A stretch of 49,871 bases of DNA, taken from NCBI GenBank assembly GCA_964457875.1, contig CAYWGM010000007.1:1-49871 (forward strand), written 5' to 3'. The DNA comes from an uncultured Eubacteriales bacterium. Lineage in GTDB: Bacteria; Bacillota; Clostridia; Acetivibrionales; CAYWGM01. Position 1 is the first letter of the stretch; every line of letters begins with the position of its first letter. The notes below the pieces were generated by a model, which had not been told where the DNA came from, searched no databases, and worked only from the letters and a program-made list of their open reading frames with translations. The position numbers and the translations under genes are program-made. Of this stretch, positions 35,267 through 44,416 are shown in pieces.

Positions 35267-36697
35267 ATGGGGGTATTCGAAATGGCAATGAGTTATGATA
35301 TGGAACCGAGGAAAGTTGCGAGAATCAAAACAAAAAACAGAAAAATCGTTACGGAAATACCAGTAGAGAGGTCATTTGACACCATTTGCACGCTCAGAAA
35401 ATATGAGCCGCGGTCGATGAGCGGGCAGCCTCTGGTCGTATGGGACCGCGCCAAAGGTTACAACGTATATGACAGATACGGCAACAAGTGGATCGATTTC
35501 AGTTCAGGTGTGCTTGTGGCCAATTCCGGCCACTGCAACAGCGCGGTACAAAAAGCTGTAATCAAGCAGGCAAGGCATGGCTTGCTGCATAATTACTGTT
35601 TCCCGACCGGGATAAGGGCTGCGTTGGTTGAGAAATTATCGCAAATTGCACCTGAACCGCTAAAAAAGGTATTTCTTCTGACTACGGGATCCGAAGCCAT
35701 TGAATGCGCAATTAAGCTTGTGAGGACATACGGCAGGCAGACCGGCGATAAGAGTAAAATAAAAATAATCACGTTCACAGATGACTTCCATGGCAGGACG
35801 CTTGGTTCGCAGATGGCGGGCGGATCGCCTAAGGCCAAGGAATGGATCGTCAATCTGGATCCGGATATTCATCAGCTTCCTTTTCCGAATTCGTTCAAAT
35901 ATGAGTGGGCTGATGTAAACAGACCCGACTATTCCGATGAGAAATGCTTCAATACATGGTTATCTTGTCTAGATGAGCAAAACATCAAACCTGAGCAGAT
36001 TGCCGGAATAATCCCGGAGACCTTCCAGGGCGGCTGGGTGCAGCTTATGCCTGTCGGTTTCGCGAAAAGATTAAGAGATTTTTGTGACAGACACAATATC
36101 GCGCTTGTCTTTGACGAGGTGCAGGCCGGTTTCGGCAGGTCGGGAAAACTATTTGCCTTTGAGCACTATGGGATAAAAGCCGACATCGTCTGCTGCGGTA
36201 AAGGCGTCAGCAGTTCGCTCCCTTTATCGGCTGTCATCGGGAGGCCGGACATTATGGACCTTTACGGCCCCAATGAGATGACGTCGACCCACACCGGCAA
36301 TCCGGTGTGTGCGGCGGCCGCATTAGCGAATATTAATTATATCTTCGATAACGACCTCGTCGGTAATTCCGCCCGCCTTGGGGAAATATGCAAAGCGAGG
36401 CTCGAGGAAATCAGGTCAAAACATAAAGAAATAATAGGAAGCCTTCAGGGATGCGGTCTGGCTTGGGGATTGGTATTTGTAAAGAAGGGCACGAAGGAGA
36501 TCGATCCGGTTCTTGCCCACAATATTGTCAGGAATTGTATCGAGAAAGGGCTGCTTCTGTTTGCCCCTGTCGGAGCAGGCGCGACAATCAAGGTGTGTCC
36601 GCCGCTGGTCATAAACGAAGAAGCTCTCCTCGAAGGGATATCGGTTTTGTCCGAGGCTGTGGAGGTGGCCGTTAAGGAAGCTATTGCCGAAATGTGA
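35267..36697 (+). CDS. Class-III (ornithine/GABA-type) PLP aminotransferase
   Basis: 476 aa. Motifs TTGSEAIECAIKL, DEVQAGFGRSGKLFAFEH, CCGKGVSS (PLP Lys), TSTHTGNP. Confidence 0.85.
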   Translation: MGVFEMAMSYDMEPRKVARIKTKNRKIVTEIPVERSFDTICTLRKYEPRSMSGQPLVVWDRAKGYNVYDRYGNKWIDFSSGVLVANSGHCNSAVQKAVIKQARHGLLHNYCFPTGIRAALVEKLSQIAPEPLKKVFLLTTGSEAIECAIKLVRTYGRQTGDKSKIKIITFTDDFHGRTLGSQMAGGSPKAKEWIVNLDPDIHQLPFPNSFKYEWADVNRPDYSDEKCFNTWLSCLDEQNIKPEQIAGIIPETFQGGWVQLMPVGFAKRLRDFCDRHNIALVFDEVQAGFGRSGKLFAFEHYGIKADIVCCGKGVSSSLPLSAVIGRPDIMDLYGPNEMTSTHTGNPVCAAAALANINYIFDNDLVGNSARLGEICKARLEEIRSKHKEIIGSLQGCGLAWGLVFVKKGTKEIDPVLAHNIVRNCIEKGLLLFAPVGAGATIKVCPPLVINEEALLEGISVLSEAVEVAVKEAIAEM

Positions 36698-36819
36698 ATA
36701 TTTATTATATAATAACGAGGAAAAGCATAGTCTTCTAAAACATGGAGAAATGGAATAAACATTACAGTAGATGAAGCGTTTGATTTACACGTCCCAAAAC
36801 GGGGGGAGTGAGCGAACGG

Positions 36820-37512
36820 ATGATCGGAAGCATAATTGAAAACAATATTGTGACCGTGTCCGGTAAGATACTATCAGAAGTCCACTTTAGTCATGAGGTT
36901 TATGGAGAGGGCTTTTTCAGCTTTCTTCTGGAGGTGCCCAGACTTAGTGACAGTTACGATAAAATCCCTGTCATGATTTCCGAGAGGCTCATAAAGAAAC
37001 AGAAACTTGAAACCGGCAACTTCATTGAAGTCGAAGGCCAATTCCGGTCATATAACAGTTTCGGCAGCGAAGGCAACAGGCTGCTTCTTACGATTTTTGC
37101 GCGTGAATTCAATTTCCTTGAGGACGAAAAGAAGATAAAAAACCCTAACCAGATATATCTGAACGGTTTCATATGCAAGAAGCCAATATACAGGACGACT
37201 CCGTTCGGCAGGGAGATATCCGATATCCTGTTGGCGGTTAACAGGCCGTACAACAAGTCCGATTACATACCATGTATTGCCTGGGGCAGAAATGCCCGGT
37301 ACTCCGAGGGCCTGTTGGTCGGCGATAATATTAAAATATGGGGCAGGGTTCAGAGTAGGGAATACCAGAAAAAGTATGATACTGGCGAAGTGCATAATAA
37401 AGTTGCATATGAAGTATCGATATCAAAAATGGAGATAGTGACTGGCGACAGAGAGAATATATATTCTTCGAATGTTGCCAATGATCAGCTCTCATCGGTC
37501 ACCGACAGGTAA
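36820..37512 (+). CDS. SSB-like protein with two tandem OB folds and no acidic C-terminal tail
   Basis: ORF 36808..37512 (GTG). ATG 36820 lies 12 nt after GGGGGGAG. The two halves align without gaps (NIVTVSGKI..YGEGFFSFLLEVPRLSDSYDKIPV..TGNFIEVEGQFRS vs NQIYLNGFI..FGREISDILLAVNRPYNKSDYIPC..VGDNIKIWGRVQS). The second half resembles bacterial SSB (GRVQSREYQKKYDTGEVHNKVAYEV). Confidence 0.6.
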   Translation: MIGSIIENNIVTVSGKILSEVHFSHEVYGEGFFSFLLEVPRLSDSYDKIPVMISERLIKKQKLETGNFIEVEGQFRSYNSFGSEGNRLLLTIFAREFNFLEDEKKIKNPNQIYLNGFICKKPIYRTTPFGREISDILLAVNRPYNKSDYIPCIAWGRNARYSEGLLVGDNIKIWGRVQSREYQKKYDTGEVHNKVAYEVSISKMEIVTGDRENIYSSNVANDQLSSVTDR

Positions 37513-37520
37513 AAACCGAC

Positions 37521-39794
37521 ATGTCTTTGGTTGCTTCAGTTTGGATTTCGGATGCGACAAAAAGCTATGATAGAGAATACACTTATTTGATCCCTGAGGA
37601 ATTCGACGGGTCGGTTAAAGCTGGAATGAAGGTCATCGTGCCTTTCGGAAGGAAGGATACCGCGCGCGAAGGAATAATCGGCAGTATACAATACGCTGAC
37701 GGCCCAGATGATGCGACTCCTGCCATAAACAGTTCGAAAATCAAGACCATTTCAAAAGTACTGTTCAATGCCCCTTTTCTAAGTGAAAAAATGCTTGATC
37801 TGGTGTTTTGGATGAAGCAACGGTATGTCTGTACGTTCTACGATGCTGTCAGATGTATCCTGCCGGCATCCTCAAATATGCAAGAAAAGCGTCTCAAGGT
37901 CGCATGCCTGGCAATTAATGCACATGATGCGGTCGAATTGATAAACAGTGGGAAATTGGATCGGATCCAGCATATCAGAGTACTTGAGATGTTACTTGAA
38001 AGTGAATTCATACCTTTGCAGGACTTCGAAAGGCACGCAGGCGTCTCAAGAAGCGTCCTGAATACTTTAAAAAAGCGGGGCTTGGTGGATATTATCAATC
38101 AGGAAGTTGTACGCGACCCGTTCAGAGATATCGGATGCATAAAGACCGAACCTAATATCCCCACCAGCGACCAGTCCGCAGTGATACAATCTGTGAGGGC
38201 AAAAATGGATGCGGGCGTCTTTGACGAGTTCGTCCTGTACGGTATAACCGGCAGCGGTAAAACAGAGGTCTACCTGCACCTTATCAAATATGTGCTTGAC
38301 ATGGGGAAAAGCGCTATAATGCTTGTTCCGGAGATTTCTCTTACGCCTCAGACAGTTGAAAGATTCCGCGGAAGGTTCAGCGACGCTGTGGCTGTGATAC
38401 ACAGCAGGCTTTCACCAGGAGAGCGCTATGACCAGTGGAGGATGATATACAGCGGGATAAAAAAAGTCGTTATAGGCGCCAGGTCGGCGGTATTCGCACC
38501 GCTTGAGGATCCGGGGCTGATCATACTGGATGAGGAGCATGAGGGCGCATACAAATCTGAGATACCGCCTAAATATCATGCCGCTGAAGTTGCGAGGGAA
38601 CGTTGCCGCAGGAATAATGCCGTGCTTATCCTCGGATCGGCCACACCTTCGGTTGAAACATATTTTAAGGCTGCAGCCGGAGACAACAGGATCATAATAC
38701 TTTCTGAACGGCCGGGATCGGCCCGGCTTCCTTCGGTGGAGCTTGTCGATATGCGGGAGGAGCTTTCAAAAGGAAATAGAAGCATTTTCAGCAGAAAATT
38801 GTTCAATGAAATATCCGCGAACCTGATGAATGGCGAGCAGACCATTCTTCTTATGAACAGAAGAGGCTATTCTTCTTTTGTGCTATGCAGGAATTGTGGA
38901 TTTGTTGCCAGGTGCCCTGATTGCAATGTAACCCTGACCTGTCATGCCTCGCCCAAGGCAGCGGACAGGCTGGTCTGCCATTACTGCGGATTCACTTCGG
39001 TTAATCCTGCAAAATGTCCCGGCTGCGGAAGCGTCAACATAAAGCAATTCGGCGCCGGGACACAAAAGATCGAGCAGGAAGTGAAGGATAAATTCCCCGG
39101 CTCATCGGTTATCCGGATGGATGCCGACACGACTGCCTATAAAGACGCACATAATACGATCCTTCGCCGGTTCCGTGATGAAAACATAAATATCCTTGTC
39201 GGTACCCAGATGGTCGCGAAAGGCCATGATTTTCCCAATGTGACGCTGGTGGGCGTGCTTGCCGCCGATAGTATGCTGAATATTCCTGATTTCAGAGCAT
39301 CCGAGAGGACATTCCAGCTCCTGACTCAGGTAGCGGGAAGGGCCGGGAGGGGTGCTATCCCGGGAAGGGTGGTCATCCAGGCTTACAAAGTTGAGGATTA
39401 TAGCATCAACGCAGCATGCCGGCAGGATTATGAGCTCTTCTTCAATCAGGAGATAGAGGTAAGAAAAAAATTGGATTATCCGCCATTTACAAATATTGCC
39501 GCTATAACAGTAAGTTCGGTCGACGATAGTCGTGCCCGCAAATATGCGGATGCAATAATAAAAAGGATAGCGAACGAATCCGATAATTGCGGTTATGGAT
39601 TTGAGATCATGGGGCCCGGCCGCTCCCCGATATCCAGATTGAATGATAGATTCAGATGGCGTATCATAATAAAGTGCCCTGACATGGAAAAACTTATATG
39701 TATGATGACAATGGTTACAGGATATGTTTCAGGAACCGCAGCTAAATTTGATATTGGGGTAAGTGTAGACATAAACCCCTATGATATGCTTTAA
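37521..39794 (+). CDS. priA: Primosomal protein N' (replication restart helicase PriA)
   Basis: 757 aa. Walker A GITGSGKTEVY, DEEH box, and Cys-rich insertion CRNCGFVARCPDCNVTLTCH...CHYCGF...CPGCGS. Confidence 0.95.
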   Translation: MSLVASVWISDATKSYDREYTYLIPEEFDGSVKAGMKVIVPFGRKDTAREGIIGSIQYADGPDDATPAINSSKIKTISKVLFNAPFLSEKMLDLVFWMKQRYVCTFYDAVRCILPASSNMQEKRLKVACLAINAHDAVELINSGKLDRIQHIRVLEMLLESEFIPLQDFERHAGVSRSVLNTLKKRGLVDIINQEVVRDPFRDIGCIKTEPNIPTSDQSAVIQSVRAKMDAGVFDEFVLYGITGSGKTEVYLHLIKYVLDMGKSAIMLVPEISLTPQTVERFRGRFSDAVAVIHSRLSPGERYDQWRMIYSGIKKVVIGARSAVFAPLEDPGLIILDEEHEGAYKSEIPPKYHAAEVARERCRRNNAVLILGSATPSVETYFKAAAGDNRIIILSERPGSARLPSVELVDMREELSKGNRSIFSRKLFNEISANLMNGEQTILLMNRRGYSSFVLCRNCGFVARCPDCNVTLTCHASPKAADRLVCHYCGFTSVNPAKCPGCGSVNIKQFGAGTQKIEQEVKDKFPGSSVIRMDADTTAYKDAHNTILRRFRDENINILVGTQMVAKGHDFPNVTLVGVLAADSMLNIPDFRASERTFQLLTQVAGRAGRGAIPGRVVIQAYKVEDYSINAACRQDYELFFNQEIEVRKKLDYPPFTNIAAITVSSVDDSRARKYADAIIKRIANESDNCGYGFEIMGPGRSPISRLNDRFRWRIIIKCPDMEKLICMMTMVTGYVSGTAAKFDIGVSVDINPYDML

Positions 39795-39830
39795 TATGGT
39801 TAAATATTCAGGTATTTGGCGGTGGGTGAC

Positions 39831-40325
39831 ATGGCATTGAGGAGGATCCGGCTGGACGGGGATGAACTCCTGCGGATGAAGTCAAGAGAAGTAGATGTGG
39901 TTAACGAGAGGATCCTGACACTATTAAAGGATCTTTCTCATACGCTATACAGCGCCGAAGGCGTTGGTCTTGCCGCTCCGCAGATAGGCGTCCTGAAAAG
40001 GGTCGTCGTCGTGGATACGGGCGAAGGACTTATTGAACTGATAAATCCAGTGATACTCGAACAATCCGGGGAGATGACCGATATCGAAGGTTGTCTCAGC
40101 ATACCCGGAGTTTTCGGCGATGTACCCAGACCTGAAAGCATTACAGTCAGAGCACTTGATAGAAATGGTGAAATGGCGATCTCAGAATATGGCGGATTTA
40201 CGGCGAGAGTCATTTGCCATGAGATCGACCACCTCGATGGGGTGCTTTTCAAGGATAAGGTCGTAAGGTTTTTGGACAGGGACGAGCTTGAGAAGAGGAA
40301 CAGGCAGAAGAGGAATCGCGGATGA
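39831..40325 (+). CDS. def: Peptide deformylase
   Basis: ORF from TTG 39816. ATG 39831 gives MALRRIRLDGDELLR. Motifs GVGLAAPQIG, EGCLSIPG, HEIDHLDG. Confidence 0.95.
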   Translation: MALRRIRLDGDELLRMKSREVDVVNERILTLLKDLSHTLYSAEGVGLAAPQIGVLKRVVVVDTGEGLIELINPVILEQSGEMTDIEGCLSIPGVFGDVPRPESITVRALDRNGEMAISEYGGFTARVICHEIDHLDGVLFKDKVVRFLDRDELEKRNRQKRNRG

Positions 40326-41290
40326 ACAAGCTGCGTGCCGTGTTTATGGGGACGCCTGAATTTGCAGTCCCAAGCCTGAAAATGTTGATAGAAGAAGGGC
40401 ATCATGTGCCTCTTGTTGTGACTCAGCCCGATAAACCCAAAGGAAGAGGCAACAAGATGACGTTTTCGCCTGTAAAGCAATTTTGCATTGACAGAGGGAT
40501 AAACCTGGCACAGCCGCTGAAGATACGAGATGAAGCTTTTACTTCACAGGTTGCGGATGCCGGCCCGGATATCATTATAACGGCTGCATACGGGAGGATA
40601 TTGCCGGGAACAGTCTTGCGCATACCTCGGTGCGGATGCGTCAATGTGCACGGGTCGCTTCTGCCTAAATACAGAGGGGCTGCGCCAATCAACCGCGCTG
40701 TGATCAACGGGGATACGACAACAGGAATAACGACCATTTTTATGGATGAAGGAATGGATACCGGTGATATCCTTATAAAAGCGGAAATACCTGTCGGTCC
40801 CGATATGACGGCCGGTGAATTGGGAAGGGCGCTCGCGGCAGTCGGGGCAGATGTCCTGAAGCAGACCCTGATATCCATTGCCCGGGGGGATATCTCCCGA
40901 ATACCCCAAAAACATGAGGAAGCAACCTACGCTCCCATGCTTGCCAAGGAAGATGGCATTATCGACTGGAACGCCGATCCGAAGGCAGTCCATAACCTTG
41001 TGCGAGGTACCAATCCCTGGCCTATCGCTTTTACATTTCTAAACGGGCAGCGGATGCGCGTTTATAAAACGTCTATTCCGGACGAAGGCACCTGTGACAG
41101 GAGTGATATCACAGCCGGGCGTCCCGGAATGATTGTAAAGGCGTCAAAAGACGGGATATGTGTTATATGCGGGAAAGGATTACTGAAGATACAGGATATT
41201 CAGTTTGACTCAGGCAGGATGATGAATGCTGCAGAGTGCTGGCACAACTTTAACAAAGGAGAAACATTCACCGGTGAAAAAAGATATTGA
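40322..41290 (+). CDS. fmt: Methionyl-tRNA formyltransferase
   Basis: ATGA overlap with def. Motifs VFMGTPEFAVPSL and NVHGSLLPKYRGAAPI. Confidence 0.95.
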   Translation: MNKLRAVFMGTPEFAVPSLKMLIEEGHHVPLVVTQPDKPKGRGNKMTFSPVKQFCIDRGINLAQPLKIRDEAFTSQVADAGPDIIITAAYGRILPGTVLRIPRCGCVNVHGSLLPKYRGAAPINRAVINGDTTTGITTIFMDEGMDTGDILIKAEIPVGPDMTAGELGRALAAVGADVLKQTLISIARGDISRIPQKHEEATYAPMLAKEDGIIDWNADPKAVHNLVRGTNPWPIAFTFLNGQRMRVYKTSIPDEGTCDRSDITAGRPGMIVKASKDGICVICGKGLLKIQDIQFDSGRMMNAAECWHNFNKGETFTGEKRY

Positions 41291-42653
41291 TCCGGTTCGT
41301 GATACGGCATTAAGGCTGCTTCTCGGCATGGAAGACCGTAGAAGCCAATCAAAGTTCCAGCCGGGCAATTACCTTGACGATGCAGGATTTGGAAGCCTTG
41401 ACAGGGCATTCGCATCCGAGCTTGTTTTTGGTGTTGTGAAGTGGAAGCTGACGCTTGATTGGATTATCGCACAGTTTTCGAGACTGCCGGCCGGCAGGAT
41501 ATCTGTCCCCATCCTGAACATACTGCGCATAGGCGTGCTCCAGATGCTCTTCATGGACAGGGTGCCTCCTTCCGCTGCCTGTAATGAATGTGTCAGGCTT
41601 GCAAAGAAATATGGCAATCCGGGTTCAGTATCATATGTCAATGCAATCCTGAGGAAAATATCGGCAAATCGCCATTTGATAACATACCCGGATAAAGATA
41701 AAGATCTTTCAGGTTATCTTTCGTTACGTTATTCTCACCCGTTATGGCTTGTCAGGGAATGGCTGGAAGAATTCGGGCAGGACTTTACGGAACAATTTCT
41801 TGAATTCAATAATATTGGAGCATCTTTTACTGTAAGAATCAATATAAAATCGGCAAACAGGCAGAATCTGATCGATATGCTGAATTCGGAAGGCGCAGGT
41901 GCTTCTCCGGGGCGTTATGCGGATGAAGCCATTCTGATAGATAAACCTTCGGTATTCTATAAAACCAGCTTCTACGCCGAAGGAAGATATTATATCCAGG
42001 ACGAAGCCTCCATGCTTGTATCCAAGCTGCTCAGCCCTCTCCCCGGCAATCTGGCCATCGACGTCTGCAGCGCTCCGGGGGGCAAGACTACGCATATTGC
42101 CGAGTTGATGGGCAACAGGGGCCGGATAATCGCAAGGGATATTCACGAGGACAGGCTTGGGCTGGTGAAGCAGAATGCGGACAGGCTGTGCGTGGATATT
42201 ATAGAGTATGAGGTAAAAGATGCGACGCAATCGGATGAAAGGTACCGCAATAAAGCCGACAGGGTGTTGGTTGATGTCCCATGCACCGGTTATGGCGTTT
42301 TGCGGAAGAAACCTGAAATCAAATGGAACAGGCGTCCGGGCGATTCAAATGAGCTTGGTAAGCTTCAGCTCAGGATCCTCCACACTGCATCGGAACAGCT
42401 GAAACCTGGCGGTTTGCTTGTATATAGCACATGTACCGTCGGCGCTATTGAAAATGAAGACGTGGTGCGTTCTTTTTTAAACAATAACAAAGCTTTCAGG
42501 ATTTCAGGATTCGAGGATGAATTACCGGCCGCTCTCAGAGTCAAAAAAGCCTGCGATAGCGGAATGCTGCATTTATACCCGAATATCGACGGGACGGATG
42601 GGTTCTTTATTGCCAGATTTACAAAGGAAGATGTATATGAACAACCTGCTTGA
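41274..42653 (+). CDS. rsmB: 16S rRNA (cytosine967-C5)-methyltransferase
   Basis: ORF 41226..42653. Likely start is GTG 41274 (AAAGGAGAA upstream). NusB-like N-domain. Motifs DVCSAPGGKT, DVPCTGYGVLRKKPE, YSTCT. Confidence 0.9.
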   Translation: MKKDIDPVRDTALRLLLGMEDRRSQSKFQPGNYLDDAGFGSLDRAFASELVFGVVKWKLTLDWIIAQFSRLPAGRISVPILNILRIGVLQMLFMDRVPPSAACNECVRLAKKYGNPGSVSYVNAILRKISANRHLITYPDKDKDLSGYLSLRYSHPLWLVREWLEEFGQDFTEQFLEFNNIGASFTVRINIKSANRQNLIDMLNSEGAGASPGRYADEAILIDKPSVFYKTSFYAEGRYYIQDEASMLVSKLLSPLPGNLAIDVCSAPGGKTTHIAELMGNRGRIIARDIHEDRLGLVKQNADRLCVDIIEYEVKDATQSDERYRNKADRVLVDVPCTGYGVLRKKPEIKWNRRPGDSNELGKLQLRILHTASEQLKPGGLLVYSTCTVGAIENEDVVRSFLNNNKAFRISGFEDELPAALRVKKACDSGMLHLYPNIDGTDGFFIARFTKEDVYEQPA

Positions 42654-43671
42654 TATGGAATACAAAGAGCTGATGTCATTCCTCGAGGGGAACGGTATCG
42701 AAAGATACAGGGCCGGGCAGATATCGAGGTGGATAAGCCGCGGTATATATGCATTTGATCAGATGACGGATATTTCCGGGGAAATGAGGCAGTCTTTAAG
42801 AAGTATATGCAGTATTGATGCCCCCGAAATTGTAAAAAAGCTTGTTTCCCGCTTTGACGGCACGACAAAATATATTTTCAGGCTGGCTGACGGAAATATC
42901 ATCGAAAGCGTGCTTATGAAATATGAGCACGGACTTGCCGCATGTTTGTCAAGCCAGGCCGGTTGCCGCATGGGATGCCGGTTCTGCGCATCTTCATCAG
43001 TACCATTCGCAAGGAACCTTACCTCCGGGGAGATGTACGGGCAGGTGCTTGAAATCAACCGAGACACTGGGGATAAGGTCGGTAATGTGGTATTGATGGG
43101 AATAGGAGAACCGCTGGATAATTATACCAACGTTATTAAATTCATCAGACAGATTATGCATGAATCGGGACTCAATATAGGAGGCCGAAGGATAACAGTA
43201 TCGACATGCGGGATAGTACCGGGCATTTTAAAGCTTGCCGGGGAACATATACCGCTGACCCTGTCGGTCTCGCTGCATGCTCCGAACGACGCCATCCGCA
43301 ATATGTTAATGCCTGTTAATGGACTTTATTCTATTGACAAAATAATTGAAGCATGTAAGATATATACAAGGACAGGTAAAAGACGCGTAACGTTTGAATA
43401 TGCTATGATTTCGGGTATTAATGACTCGAAAGGCAATGCCATGGAATTAGCGGCATTGATTGAAGGGATGCTGTGTCATGTGAATATAATTCCTGTGAAT
43501 CCCGTCGAAGGGAAGGACTATATGAAAAGCAGCCGCAGTGCTGCCGAAATGTTCCAGCGTATTCTTGAAGGTAAAAATATCCGGACGACTATCAGACGTG
43601 AACTTGGCAGCGATATAGAAGCGGCTTGCGGGCAGCTCAGAAGACGGATCATTACAGGGGAGCCGGTATGA
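42637..43671 (+). CDS. rlmN: 23S rRNA/tRNA (adenine-C2)-methyltransferase, radical SAM
   Basis: ORF 42517..43671. ATG 42637 lies 6 nt after AAAGGAAG (MNNLLDMEYKELMSFL...YRAGQISRWI). Motifs CRMGCRFCAS and GIGEPL. Confidence 0.9.
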   Translation: MNNLLDMEYKELMSFLEGNGIERYRAGQISRWISRGIYAFDQMTDISGEMRQSLRSICSIDAPEIVKKLVSRFDGTTKYIFRLADGNIIESVLMKYEHGLAACLSSQAGCRMGCRFCASSSVPFARNLTSGEMYGQVLEINRDTGDKVGNVVLMGIGEPLDNYTNVIKFIRQIMHESGLNIGGRRITVSTCGIVPGILKLAGEHIPLTLSVSLHAPNDAIRNMLMPVNGLYSIDKIIEACKIYTRTGKRRVTFEYAMISGINDSKGNAMELAALIEGMLCHVNIIPVNPVEGKDYMKSSRSAAEMFQRILEGKNIRTTIRRELGSDIEAACGQLRRRIITGEPV

Positions 43672-44411
43672 TCGATTATGCTGCGGTCAGTCACAAGGGT
43701 CTGGTAAGGGATAAGAACGAAGACTGTTATTCTGTTTTACCCGACCTAAAAGGCGGATATAAGGCATTTGTTATTGCAGATGGAATGGGCGGGCATAATG
43801 CCGGCGAACTTGCAAGCAGGATGACGGTCGATTACATAAGCAAACGTCTTGCCGATACGGATATGGCTGGTCTGGAATCCATGCCCGCGTGGCTGGAGAA
43901 GACAATCAACGATACCAACGAACACATTTACAGGACTTCAAGCAAACCCGGCGATAATTTGGGCATGGGTACGACTTTGACATTGCTGGTAATGAACAGC
44001 GATACGATTTATATAGGTCATGTCGGGGACAGCAGGGTTTACCTGATCAGACGTGAAGAGATCAGGTCGCTGACGACCGACCATTCTTTTGCCGGTGAAC
44101 TTGAACGTCAGGGCGCCATCTCCAAAATCGAAGCTGCCGCGCATCCCGGACGCAATGTCATCACAAGGGCCATCGGCGTCATACCTGATGTCAAGGCCGA
44201 TACGTACACTTATAGTGTAGAAACCGGCGATATACTTCTTATGTGTACCGACGGGCTTACAAGCGTCATACCTGAAAATGAAATCAAAAAAGTTGTATCG
44301 CATGAGAATTCAGCAGAGTCGGCATGCAAAAAACTTATACAGATGGCAAATCAATGCGGCGGAGAAGACAATATAACCGTAGTGGAAGTCAAAATTAACC
44401 AAGGAGCCTGA
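43668..44411 (+). CDS. prpC: PP2C-family Ser/Thr phosphatase (Stp/PrpC)
   Basis: ATGA overlap with rlmN. Motifs RDKNEDC, VIADGMGGHNAGELAS, CTDGL, GGEDNITVV. Confidence 0.9.
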   Translation: MIDYAAVSHKGLVRDKNEDCYSVLPDLKGGYKAFVIADGMGGHNAGELASRMTVDYISKRLADTDMAGLESMPAWLEKTINDTNEHIYRTSSKPGDNLGMGTTLTLLVMNSDTIYIGHVGDSRVYLIRREEIRSLTTDHSFAGELERQGAISKIEAAAHPGRNVITRAIGVIPDVKADTYTYSVETGDILLMCTDGLTSVIPENEIKKVVSHENSAESACKKLIQMANQCGGEDNITVVEVKINQGA

Positions 44412-44416
44412 CAAGT

